This document shows, piece after piece, positions 36,791 through 49,444 of a DNA stretch of 64,000 nt. A program made the position numbers and the translations under genes. The notes under the pieces are model-generated. The model searched no databases. It was not told the origin of the DNA and was given only the letters and a program-made list of their open reading frames with translations. The DNA is from Oikopleura dioica. Its lineage: Eukaryota; Animalia; Chordata. The stretch's first letter is position 1. Each line of letters opens with the position of its first letter. Location: contig OU015566.1 in NCBI GenBank assembly GCA_907165135.1, forward strand, positions 10,230,001 to 10,294,000, in the 5' to 3' direction.

Positions 36791-39578
36791 AATGGTACCT
36801 GATGGTCAAATCCCTAATCAGACCCTTGTATAGTTCAATCTCTATTACTTACGATTGAAGTTGAGGTGGTTTTCTTGCTTCGATGAAGGGCGTTTCCAAA
36901 ACTCTTTTCAAGTAATCGTGGAAAAGCTTTTTCCTCGACGTCTGAAAAGAGTGAAATTATCAACTGCCGATTAGTCTTATATAGATAATTTTTTGAACTT
37001 CAGGAAGGCTCGTGAAAATAGCCGATTATCATGGCTTATCAAAAAGGGTTCAAGCATGTCACAAACAGTCACAAATTATGATCATTTTTTCATCCTCAAG
37101 AAGATTTCTCTCGTGATGGTTTTGATGATTAGGGAGTCAAAAAATATGGAGACATTAAAAATCAAAAATGACAATAAGCCAATCGGAAGGGGAAAATGAT
37201 ACGGAGGCGGTTTTCAAAAAATTGACGTATTCACGTGCATCTCAGATATCTCTAGATATTTGAGGGCGTCGGCCCCGCTTGGAGAAAATCTATCGGTGTT
37301 CTCGATTTCGCGAAAGAAATAATTTGTATCTTGAAATTTTGCTTGCCCGTGAACACGGAGGAGAAAAATAAGCTGGGGGATAAAAACTGATCTCTCGACT
37401 TTTGAAACTGTCTCGCTTTATCTCTCTTTTCGCTTCCTATCTTTCTGAATTTTACGCATTTTTACTCTCGCACTTACCTTTGAAAAACAAAGTCTGTTCG
37501 AGAGAAAAAGTGCGACGGGGTTTAAAGCGCTTTTCCCTTTTTTCTAATTTCAAAAAGGGAAAATGAATCAGGCTCTCTCGCGCGCCGCGGGTTGGAATAT
37601 GCCGCGCGAAAACGAGGTCACGTGGAATTGTCGCCTGGAAAAGCAAATTGAACTGAATCGATTGTTCGAAATTGCAAGTTTTCACATGGCTAAAAATAAC
37701 TCTCGGTGGGTCGCTGTAAAAATTTGATGGGAAACCATGGGAACTAACTGTATCTGCCAGTATAACAACTAAATTGGCTGATCGATGCGGATCTAACTGA
37801 TAGAAAAATTTTCTGAACAAGTGAGAATTCTGCGCAATAAGTTCGTTTTTCAGATGATAACCGATCGAGTTTGCGCGATTTTTGATGGTAGAAAGATTTC
37901 GTTACTGAATTAGGTTTAAAGATGACTTCGATGATCATCAAAAGTCAAATTCTAATTCCAAAACTGAAGCAAGGATGGAGTATGCAGCCTTTATGTGTCT
38001 ATCCTCAAGGGCAAATTGACACTCTTGCGTAAATTTTACAGTCTCCTTCACGGGCTGAGCGTGCAATTAAAAGGGAAAACTGATGCCACTCGCCGCAGGG
38101 CAAAAACTAAACTAACATGATGAAATTAGTCGAAACTGACTCAGTTCGTATTCCTCGGGGAAGTTTTAAACGAGATGCCCCTAGAAACTTCTACAGGAGT
38201 TCTACGCTTTTGAGACAAGAACAGGACAGTCCAAAAATCCAAAGATCAAAACGCACAAAAGTAAGACCATCACCAAACACAGGATATCGCTACGAAATTA
38301 TATCTTCATGCACAGAGTGAAATTGCAAATGAATAATTAAAGATATAAATATACTCAATCAAAGGTTAAAATATTACTCGTTATCACCAGTGTTACAAAT
38401 TAATATTAATTCACAATAAAAGATATTTTTCTTATCAAAAAGAACAGACATTTTAGGCACTCAAAAGACAGACAGTCCGACAAAATAGAGGATGATTGCA
38501 GATTCGCAGAATTTTATTGTTTTTTTTGTATTTTTGAAAGTATTTCAAGAAGAATGATTCGTGTTCGAATGCTCCACAGCAGCACCACCCTCTGGCTGGA
38601 TTTTTTAAATTTTCGTTTTTCTTTTGAAGACTGATATTTTTTGATATCTGATGAATATTTGCTTGTTTTAGCAGGTAAACCCTTTCGCGCTTATTTGCCG
38701 ACTTTTTGGTCGAAAATGAAACCAAGGAAGAAAATCCTTCATTTCATGCCAAAGAATTGGTCAAAAAGCAAAAATAAGTTAGATTTGAATTTGAACTTTT
38801 CGAAAACTAATTCTTCCGCCACTAGGTAGTGCTGGAGAGCGTCCGGCAAGGTTACATTGCCACCATCATCGTCACTTGTGGGCGCATAAAGGCCACATGT
38901 TCTACAGGGCCCCGCGTACGTAACTCACATTTGTTTTATGACATTTGTAAAGAGGGTTGAAGTTAAGGTTAGTCGGAGAAGAGGAAGGAGCATAAATAGA
39001 CGAGAATAAATTATAAAAAACATATACTGCGCCCACAAAAATGGCGATGATGGCAATTTTGTCAACTCACTGTCACGAGATAGCCACAGACAAATTGGTA
39101 TCCTTAGGAGTTCCTAAGGATATGGTTTCGTTTATGGGGAAAACGTGCTTGAACTTGGACAGTTTTGTGGATTGGAAGCTGGGTCGGTTTTTTCTATTTC
39201 TTTTTTTTTCGCAAAATTTATGACGAAAAGCCACATGTGGATCTTATAATGAAATATTGCTCTTATGTTGCCTCTCTCATTTTACAATAATTACTGTAAG
39301 AAGAGGCGTTATAATAAATAAGAAGTAAGCAAGGGATCAGACAGTGCACCACTACAGAAAAAGGCAAACTACAGTTCTCCGCAGTTCACGAAAAAAAGTA
39401 ATAAGATCATGAATAAGTTCATACATAATAATAGCACCGGTTAAACAGTTACAGAGGAATTAAGGTAGGCAACAATTCCTCCACATGTGGTCATTTCCGC
39501 TAAAATCGCTGGATGAAAAAAGAAAATCGAGAATTTCAGAGTTGAATTGTAGTTATTCTGGAGATTTTTAGGGGAATT

Positions 39579-41843
39579 TTACTGCTCCCCGTGCTCGGAC
39601 ATTCGAGGAAGAAGGGCCACATTGTTCGAATTGGCGCGTGGTCGGCGGGGGAAGCGGTGGATGCGCTCGTGTTTCGATAGATGATCGCTAGAAAGAGTGA
39701 TGAAAAGGTGATGCTTGTTGCAGAGTTGTGAAAGAGCAAAAAAGGGCGTTGCTTCGTCAAAAAACATGTTTAGACACTAACTACCTTGAGGTATTCAATG
39801 ATAACCTCAATACCATCTGTTAGACTCTCATTTTTACGTTATTTATTCATTAATTTTTCAACCGGAGCGGATGAATTATATTGCCGTACTACGGAAGCAC
39901 TCTGATCCATCTCAACAAGCGCAACCACAAATATTGATGACTTACCTTCGCGAAAATCTCTTTTCGCAAAATCGACAAGCGTACGGTTTGATGCCCTCGT
40001 GTGCTCTTCTGTGTCTGCTCAATTCGTCGGATCTGCTGAATTTCCATTCGCATCCGGGCCAGTTGCAAGCGTATGGTTTCTCGCCTGTATGTCGTCTGAA
40101 TGAAGAGGGTGATTTTCCAGGCCTAACAAAAGGGGATAACCTGATGTGAGCTTTTAAATGACTGCTCTTGGTGTAGCTCTTGTCGCAACCTGGGAAGGTA
40201 CAGACATGATTTCTCGGAAGATTGGGCGGTGAGCGTTTTCGCTTGTCGATTTGATCGATTGTGATGGACTGGTTGTTGTAGTCGTTGTTTCTGACAACTC
40301 GATCGTCGTCTGGGTAGATTCTTATTGAGGTACCGTTGATGTCTGTTCCTGTTCGCGGCTCTTGCTGAAAAAGAATTGTTAATTCACGACGACGGTTCTT
40401 ATCATGGTCGTCTTTTACTACTACGGTCCTTATAAAACTACGATAAGAGCCACTAGTGACCTTATTGAGCACTGGCAGGCTCGAGAGCTACAGTGTTCAG
40501 ATTCTGTCACGCTCTGAGATTCGATATTTACGGGAAAGATACGACCAAATCCGCAAATTTGAGCGGGGCTAATATTTGCGCTACACTTCGGTACTCTATC
40601 GGCTGTTTTGATGGAGGCTTGTTTGACGAGATTAACAATATCGGGGTCAGCTATCACAAAAACATCACAAACTGATTTGATGATAGACTAACAATGAGAA
40701 TACGCTCGTATTCCGAGGAATTCTTGAGCAGTCTCAACATATAAAAAAGTTCGACTTGGCGAAAAGACAAGGTTCAAGAGCACTTGAGTAAGTAGTGGTT
40801 TATGAGCACGTGAGGTTGTATCGTGAATTGATTCAATTTATCGATACCATAAAAATCATCATTAATTCTCAACATAGCACCTTGATAGTACGAGTTTTTC
40901 CCAAAGGTAAGCAAAATTAGCCAATAAAACTGCGCTTCTTAGCCCATAAGCCAATCAAAACGTACCTTTATTGCTACTGGAGTCAGATTGGCGCCGATAA
41001 CCGGGTGGAATTGATGATTTGGGTCCAAGAAAAAAACTTTTTCTTTTCCATCTTTTCCTTTCAGCGTCACCAGATGGCCTTTGACGACATTTCCATTTTT
41101 CAGATCGTTGTCAAAGTCGGGCTCTGGAGGGAAGGAATAGGAGGGACCGGGCTGCATGTTTCCACTTTGGCTAAATGTTTGCTGTTCTGATGTGCCGTTG
41201 CTCAAGACATCGAGGAAGACATCGTCGAGGTCGGAGCCGAGAGGAGAGCCAAGGGATTCGTCAGATCCATCGGACACTGACTTGAATCGCTTGTTGTGCG
41301 TCGCGTGGACTCTATTCAAGGAATCTTGAAGCCTAAAAATTGACGTTCAAGAGTTATTTTGTAAATATAAAGGCTTACATTTGGTCCGCGCCTCCAAACG
41401 GAATCGAAATATCTGACGATGTCGACATCTGGAACGTCTGCTGCTGCGGAACTTGCTGCACGGGCGCGTTGATGAAGGAAATCTCTTGCGAAGGTTCTTC
41501 TAAACCGTCGTCGAAAACGAGCAATGAGTCATCGTAACTGTGCTGGAACTGTTCGTTGAGGGTTGGGTTGTTGGAAGACGAGCCTTGATCCCAGATCATC
41601 GACTCGTCCAGTGAGTTTTGCGCGGAGAAGTCGTTTTCAAGCTCCGTTTTGAAGATTGTCTGAAAACGAAAATAAGTAAATCGGGGTAGAGATAATAGGC
41701 TCTTATCTTACCTCGCTTTTGAACTGGAAGGTTTCGTCGAATTCTTTGGAGACATCTGGCGAGAGCGTTTCCGAACTGCACTCCTCATTTGGAAATGGAA
41801 GTAAGCTGTCGAGTTTATCGTTTTCCATGGGCACAAATGCCAT
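39579..41843 (-). CDS. KLF15: Krueppel-like factor, KLF15-like (three C-terminal C2H2 fingers)
   Basis: [55 protein letters not shown]...[21 protein letters not shown] after removing introns. Orthology within the KLF family is tentative. Confidence 0.85.
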
Positions 41844-43379
41844 TAAAGTGCCCGCTTTCTGAAAATAATCAATGGTTACAAGAAAATCTGTGGATTAAGA
41901 TTTTACGGCGCACATGTGAGATGATTATTTGGCAACGGATTAACTATCGTTATAAAAAGTGATATTTTGTGGAATATTTGCGCGCGTTTCAATTCTATCC
42001 TATGATTTTAATAGAATTTTCTGGTAAAAGGTTGTTTTTTCACTAAAATGAGGTGTCAACTCTGAGCTCACAGAAAAATCGAGGCAAAGCGCGTTGATCT
42101 ACCCGCTCAATCCACTGTAAGAACCGTTATTCTAGAGCGTTTCTCTCTTGATTGTGAATCTGGCAACGATTGATACAAAATCAATCGATTGATGGTGGCA
42201 TAAAAATTAAAAGCGTTCACAACAAACGAACATCTGACTTGATTTGATTACTCAATGTAATCAAAATTAAGAAACGATGAAGCCGTTCGTAAAAATGAAA
42301 GCCGGGTAACTAACGAAATTCTCTTAGACATTTATGGCACCGAGGAATTGCCCTAATCGAAAAATTCGATTACGGAAGCGAAAACACATTCTTCTCAGGG
42401 TAATCGATATTCCGTAAATTGCTCTTCATTTATCGTAAAAAATCTGACAGAAATACAAAAAAATAATGCCTGTTTTAGGCCATCAATATATGGAAGTTTA
42501 CAAAGAAAGAGGGCAGATCAGAGGACACGAACTCGAGATTGAGTTTATTCAGAACAAATTGAGCCTCGGGGCTCGTTCTGTGGAAGGTGAAAAATCGTTC
42601 CTCAGGACTTGTGATGTTTCAAAGCATAGAGGACTCAAACGAGCTATTTCAGAAGTATTTTGAAAATATGAAGGGTCTTGAAATGCTTATGAACCGCTAA
42701 AATCATCGAAATAGGACCGGAAAGGCAAAAAATCAAGACGTAGAGCCTTGTTAACACACTCTTCCACAAAGAAGCTCATCCCAGTGTTCCTAGATCGGCA
42801 CTTATTCTAGCCAAAATGTTCAGGTTCAGGGTGGGCATATGCTAATCCTCCTCCTAGCTGTTAATTATCGAGACTAAGTTCGACCTCATTCAACGCCTTC
42901 TTCGTGTAAATAACTCCCCTACCACGTGGCTTGATTTACCTTTCGAGCGAAATTTCGTTACGTTATGAAAAAGGCGAAATCGATAGTTCGCTCTCTCATC
43001 CACTGTAACTCTTTTGGTTTTGAGTTGTGGAAGGGAAACTAGGGAGATATGTATTTGAAAAGGCGATGGAAATACTGCTGATTGGGCGCACTTTGTTGAA
43101 ATAGAATTGACGAGCTAATATTTGTCCGCTGAAAGCAAAAAACTGAAAGCTTGTGGTTGATTTCCCGTGACCTTACTGAGCTAATTACGGTAGTTTTTCG
43201 GGGCTTTGGATAGTTGAACCAAGTGTAGGCCAAATCATTGAGGAGTTTAAATATGGGATTTTTTATGGGCCTCGGAGATTTGATTTGATTGCTTTCTTGG
43301 GAAGGAATGGAATTTCTTTAGCCTTCGATTTCATGATTTTCTCGTTGATAGAATTTTACCTTTCGACAGATGGAAGTTT

Positions 43380-44400
43380 TCAAGGAATAAATATGCTTGT
43401 GCTTTCTCTCTTTTTAGGAGTAGTATTGGAATGAGTCGTAATTTCGCCGTTCGAGTACCCCGAACAGTTGTCCATTACGACCAAAATGAGAAGCTCGTTA
43501 AATAAAATCGTATTATCTATAAAAATTAAACAACAAAGCACACCAGGGTAGTTAATCCGATGCTTTGACCTCTCGAGGAAGTTAAAAATTTTTTGTACTG
43601 TAAAAAATGATGAGAATCTCAAAAAAGAAAGCATGAAAGAAGAAAAGGGCTCTTTTTACAATAAAAATATCATTCAAAAATGAGACGCAGCAAAGATAAC
43701 GTCAAGTTTATAAAACAGGTCTACGAGCCGCCACTATCAAATCTGAGAGGGTGATCACGTGATCTTTTAATTCATCGAAAAATGCAGAAAAAAATCAAAA
43801 ATGGGTCAAGATTGAAATGATCTGACATCGCCTGGAAAACAGAATCATTCATTTCTAAATTGACCATATTTTCTGCCGCTGGGAACTTTTCCTGGTGTTC
43901 TACTGTATTGGATCATAACCGTCATTGCCCGGTAGATTTGAATGTTTTGACAAATTTGCATTTCGACTGTCTGCTTTTTGCATTCTCTATATTTGCACTG
44001 GTTAAATTTATACAAGGTCAATTTTGCAAGAGCAAGCACAAAAATCTCAAAAACATTTGCATGTATCTCGTTAAAATTTTAAACTCAAGGACACTCCTCT
44101 TTGGCGAAAACATTGGGATAACATGGGGTCATGAAAGATACGTGGTTCATACCTTTTTGGGAGGATTTTCTCGAGCGTGTCTTGCTCTCTAAAAAAATCA
44201 AGTGATACACTTGAGGAATGGGACGATTATTTTGTCAAGTTAGCGCCTCGTTTTACGTTAAATCTCGCTATTGGCGTTATATATTTCCTTGGGCACGCTA
44301 ACTGCTGTACTAATTTCGCTACTGAAATAAATACAGATGCAATTTTTGAGGATGCCCTTTCAAACTACCGCGCTGTGCAAATTTGATAGCAAGTCTCGTT
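43380..44400 (-). mobile_element. Possible decayed pogo/Tc1-type (DDE_1) transposase remnant
   Basis: Fragment LILVVMDNCSGYS resembles the LL.MDN.S.H motif, and a MTVMI...GK fragment lies upstream. Frames are broken. Confidence 0.2.
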
Positions 44401-46292
44401 GCCGCAAGGAAGGAGTGTTTTTACTGTCACGCAAAGGACGAACTTACTTCAGGGTCATTTAGGGTTACTGAAAAAAGGCTTATTTTTACAAAAGCTTCGA
44501 TGGATGATCATTCTATCGTTAAATAGAAGTCATCAGAAAGGCAACTATTTTACCCCACAAGTAAAAGTTATAAAGCTATATAGACAGGTAAAGCTTTTTT
44601 TGTCATAGGCTTCGAGCAAAACATAAATATTCGCAGACAATCAGAAACAAGGGTAAAGAAAACTAACCAGGACAAAAGCCAATTTCTAAGAAATTTCACA
44701 TATTCTCTCTTTCTTTCTGAAAAGGAATTCTGCAATTTTTTATCTGAAAATCTCCCTTTTCTCTATTCCCTTTTTATGTTTCCCGAAAATTGGCCAACGA
44801 AATGTCCCGTGCAAATATTTTCAAACCACTTACATTTTCAACTCGATATTCTCTTTTCCCGTTTTCTTCCTTCTCAGTCAAGTTTTCCATGTCCTGCCAG
44901 AACATGTCAAAGGCGTCTTCCATGATTTTGCTATCTGAGTATCTCTTTGATGCTTCCAGATATTATAATTAATATCTTTAGCTCTAGACATCGTAAGGTC
45001 TCGCATTTTTTACTGACTGTGGCAAGGTTTTTCGTATTTTTCTCGGCGAAATGCGAGCGAACCAAAATTTCAGCGACCCTGTTTTTTTTAAAGATGGTCC
45101 GATCTTTTCCCTCGAAGCTTCAAAAATAGCGTTTTTTGGGAGTGGCGGGAAAAAGGGGTGGGCCGCAGCCCAAGAAAGCCATTTTTGTCCACTTGCCCGT
45201 CAAAAAGGGGGAGTTGCCGCGAACTACAAAGCCACAAAAGTTGCGTCACTCTTTTCTTCATTTAACACTTTTGTGTCTACTGAAAAGGGTTTAGACAAGG
45301 GCCTTTCTTGGGAGAGTTTTTGAATCACGAAGATATTAAATAACCGGTATTAGAAAAGAGGAGAAATCGCCCCAGGCGGAGAATACAAGCGGAACGAAAA
45401 GGCGGAGAGAAAGAGGAATCTCTTACTGAACAAAGAACAATTTCTGACATGAAGAAAGCCAAAAAGAATTGGCCGAAACAAAGAAGAATTGGATGAAGAA
45501 ATTCTTTCTATAGAATTTATATTTATATATATATAGAAGAATATCTTTCGTAGAATAAAGAATTGAATCACCAAACTTTGAAACGGTAGAAGAAGAATAA
45601 GGTCATTCGAATACCAGCTTGTAAACACCAAAACATTCTAAGAATTTGTTCGTCAATCAGGTCGTAAAAGAATACTCTGACTCAAGAATCCCTGCTAGAA
45701 ACCAACTCTTGATATGATCATAATGATCATTCGTTGGTTGTTTTATGTACCGCCTGTAGATCATAAATAAGAATTACGAATGGATGGATTCTTGATACAA
45801 AATAGGTTGTAAAATAGATTTAAGGCGATCTGTGTCATAAGGAACAGAATAACGTCATTTTTATCGTTAGAACAATCAAAGATTTTGTAAAATAACTTGA
45901 GTTTTTGAACATTGAAAAAATGTAAAGATTGTCAACTTCATGCTTACTTAGCTATAAAAGTTGTGGACTTGATACTTTCGTAGAAACATGTCTACAATCC
46001 AAAACCATGTACGGTAGTAAATAAACTAAAGGTTAATTTCCGACGCTCGGTAACCGCAAATTTCAGCACGCGCGCTTGAGCGATAAAAATAGAGCAGATT
46101 TAGCGCTTCAGACAGCTCAGAAAAATAGAATAGCAGACTTAATGAACAACAAGATAAATCTGTTTCGACAAGTTTTGATTTTTGTCGAAAATAACTCTTC
46201 GCGGATCAAAGTATCAGAATAAATTTATCGTTTGAAGCATGTTTTAAACTAAAATGGAGTCGTTCTTTTTCTTTTATTTCTTTCCTGAGCAA

Positions 46293-49200
46293 TAGGGTTG
46301 GCCAAAAAAATCGAAGGTCGTGCGCCTAACACGAGTCACCCCTCATTCGAAGCGCCATCTCGAGAGGATCATTTTGAGCCATTTATGAAATTTTTAAAAT
46401 GGCAGGAAGCCATCGAAAAAATTAATTTTCTGAAATTTTCGATTTTTTCAATTTTGAACGATATAGCCATTGTAAAATGAGTCATATCTTTTGCTGAGTC
46501 ATGCTGACATCATCCTTAGTCATGTTAACATGTTAACTAGCGTCTATACTTTCGATCAAGCATAAATATTCTTTAATGAATTTCGAATAAGAACCATAAT
46601 TTAGTTTAAAACATGGGTAAAGTGTATTTTAATAGCAAATGGGGGTGGGTGGGGTTTGGGAAATAACTGAGATTGATCACCTCGGAGTTTCCAGCCATTG
46701 TCAAGCCCCTTAAATTTAAAAATCAAGGAACGGGGCTGAGACGGCCCGAAGGGCCGTCAAGCCCCTTAAATTTAAAAATCAAGGAACGGGGCTGAGACGG
46801 CCCGAAGGGCCGTCAAGCCCCTTAAATTTAAAAATCAAGGAACGGGGCTGAGACGGCCCGAAGGGCCGTCAAGCCCTTAAATTTAAAAATCAAGGAACGG
46901 GGCTGAGACGGCCCGAAGGGCCGTCAAGCCCTTAAATTTAAAAATCAAGGAACGGGGCTGAGACGGCCCGAAGGGCCGTCAAGCCCCTAAATTTAAAAAT
47001 CAAGGAACGGGGCTGAGACGGCCCGAAGGGCCGTCAAGCCCCTTAAATTTAAAAATCAAGGAACGGGGCTGAGACGGCCCGAAGGGCCGTCAAGCCCCTT
47101 AAATTTAAAAATCAAGGAACGGGGCTGAGACGGCCCGAAGGGCCGTCAAGCCCCTTAAATTTAAAAATCAAGGAACGGGGCTGAGACGGCCCGAAGGGCC
47201 GTCAAGCCCCTTAAATTTAAAAATCAAGGAACGGGGCTGAGACGGCCCGAAGGGCCGTCAAGCCCCTTAAATTTAAAAATCAAGGAACGGGGCTGAGACG
47301 GCCCGAAGGGCCGTCAAGCCCTTAAATTTAAAAATCAAGGAACGGGGCTGAGACGGCCCGAAGGGCCGTCAAGCCCCTTAAATTTAAAAATCAAGGAACG
47401 GGGCTGAGACGGCCCGAAGGGCCGTCAAGCCCCTTAAATTTAAAAATCAAGGAACGGGGCTGAGACGGCCCGAAGGGCCGTCAAGCCCTTAAATTTAAAA
47501 ATCAAGGAACGGGGCTGAGACGGCCCGAAGGGCCGTCAAGCCCTTAAATTTAAAAATCAAGGAACGGGGCTGAGACGGCCCGAAGGGCCGTCAAGCCTTA
47601 AATTTAAAAATCAAGGAACGGGGCTGAGACGGCCCGAAGGGCCGTCAAGCCCCTTAAATTTAAAAATCAAGGAACGGGGCTGAGACGGCCCGAAGGGCCG
47701 TCAAGCCCTTAAATTTAAAAATCAAGGAACGGGGCTGAGACGGCCCGAAGGGCCGTCAAGCCCCTTAAATTTAAAAATCAAGGAACGGGGCTGAGACGGC
47801 CCGAAGGGCCGTCAAGCCCTTAAATTTAAAAATCAAGGAACGGGGCTGAGACGGCCCGAAGGGCCGTCAAGCCCCTTAAATTTAAAAATCAAGGAACGGG
47901 GCTGAGACGGCCCGAAGGGCCGTCAAGCCCCTTAAATTTAAAAATCAAGGAACGGGGCTGAGACGGCCCGAAGGGCCGTCAAGCCCTTAAATTTAAAAAT
48001 CAAGGAACGGGGCTGAGACGGCCCGAAGGGCCGTCAAGCCCCTTAAATTTAAAAATCAAGGAACGGGGCTGAGACGGCCCGAAGGGCCGTCAAGCCCCTT
48101 AAATTTAAAAATCAAGGAACGGGGCTGAGACGGCCCGAAGGGCCGTCAAGCCCCTTAAATTTAAAAATCAAGGAACGGGGCTGAGACGGCCCGAAGGGCC
48201 GTCAAGCCCTTAAATTTAAAAATCAAGGAACGGGGCTGAGACGGCCCGAAGGGCCGTCAAGCCCCTTAAATTTAAAAATCAAGGAACGGGGCTGAGACGG
48301 CCCGAAGGGCCGTCAAGCCCTTAAATTTAAAAATCAAGGAACGGGGCTGAGACGGCCCGAAGGGCCGTCAAGCCCCTTAAATTTAAAAATCAAGGAACGG
48401 GGCTGAGACGGCCCGAAGGGCCGTCAAGCCCCTTAAATTTAAAAATCAAGGAACGGGGCTGAGACGGCCCGAAGGGCCGTCAAGCCCCTTAAATTTAAAA
48501 ATCAAGGAACGGGGCTGAGACGGCCCGAAGGGCCGTCAAGCCCCTTAAATTTAAAAATCAAGGAACGGGGCTGAGACGGCCCGAAGGGCCGTCAAGCCCC
48601 TTAAATTTAAAAATCAAGGAACGGGGCTGAGACGGCCCGAAGGGCCGTCAAGCCCCTAAATTTAAAAATCAAGGAACGGGGCTGAGACGGCCCGAAGGGC
48701 CGTCAAGCCCCTAAATTTAAAAATCAAGGAACGGGGCTGAGACGGCCCGAAGGGCCGTCAAGCCCCTAAATTTAAAAATCAAGGAACGGGGCTGAGACGG
48801 CCCGAAGGGCCGTCAAGCCCCTTAAATTTAAAAATCAAGGAACGGGGCTGAGACGGCCCGAAGGGCCGTCAAGCCCCTTAAATTTAAAAATCAAGGAACG
48901 GGGCTGAGACGGCCCGAAGGGCCGTCAAGCCCCTTAAATTTAAAAATCAAGGAACGGGGCTGAGACGGCCCGAAGGGCCGTCAAGCCCCTTAAATTTAAA
49001 AATCAAGGAACGGGGCTGAGACGGCCCGAAGGGCCGTCAAGCCCCTTAAATTTAAAAATCAAGGAACGGGGCTGAGACGGCCCGAAGAGACCTTAAACGG
49101 GCGTTTGACCTAGATTTTCTTTTTGAAATTGATCATTATTATACTAGATTGAAAGAACAGACGCTTAGGAACATTTTAAGATGATTCATGATGACGTTAG

Positions 49201-49408
49201 CATGACTCAGCAAAAATATGACCCATTAAACGATGTTGATTAAGCTGAAAATTGAAAAAATCGAAAATTTCAGAAAAATATTTTTTGGATGCCTTCCTGC
49301 TATTTTAAAAATTTTATAAATGGCTCAAAATGATCCTCTCGAGATGGCGCTTCGAATGAGGGGTGACTCGTGTTAGGCGCACGACTTTCGATTTTTTGGC
49401 CAACCCTA
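46293..49408. mobile_element. Non-autonomous hAT-superfamily element (3,116 bp) with ~230-bp TIRs and an internal satellite
   Basis: 8-bp TSD CTGAGCAA at 46285-46292 and 49409-49416. Termini TAGGGTTGGCC...GGCCAACCCTA. Long TIRs 46293-~46530 and ~49175-49408. No transposase ORF. Confidence 0.92.
46700..49087. repeat. Tandem array of a 56-bp unit (~43 copies)
   Basis: Unit AAGCCCCTTAAATTTAAAAATCAAGGAACGGGGCTGAGACGGCCCGAAGGGCCGTC. Visible variation is confined to the CCCC/TT run (54-56 bp units). Confidence 0.98.
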
Positions 49409-49444
49409 CTGAGCAAGAATAGGACTATCTGAGGCAGTTATTAT

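Noticed and set aside
38890-39495. Repeated CCACATGT(GG) E-box-like palindromes 3' of KLF
   Set aside because: Three short matches are too weak to call a regulatory element without data.
46700-49087. CRISPR array
   Set aside because: Repeats are head-to-tail with no unique spacers, the context is eukaryotic, and there are no cas genes.
46700-49087. Hammerhead-ribozyme satellite (CTGAGA...GAA)
   Set aside because: The core CUGANGA...GAAA and the three-stem layout are not satisfied; GAA is the hairpin loop, not the conserved GAAA junction.
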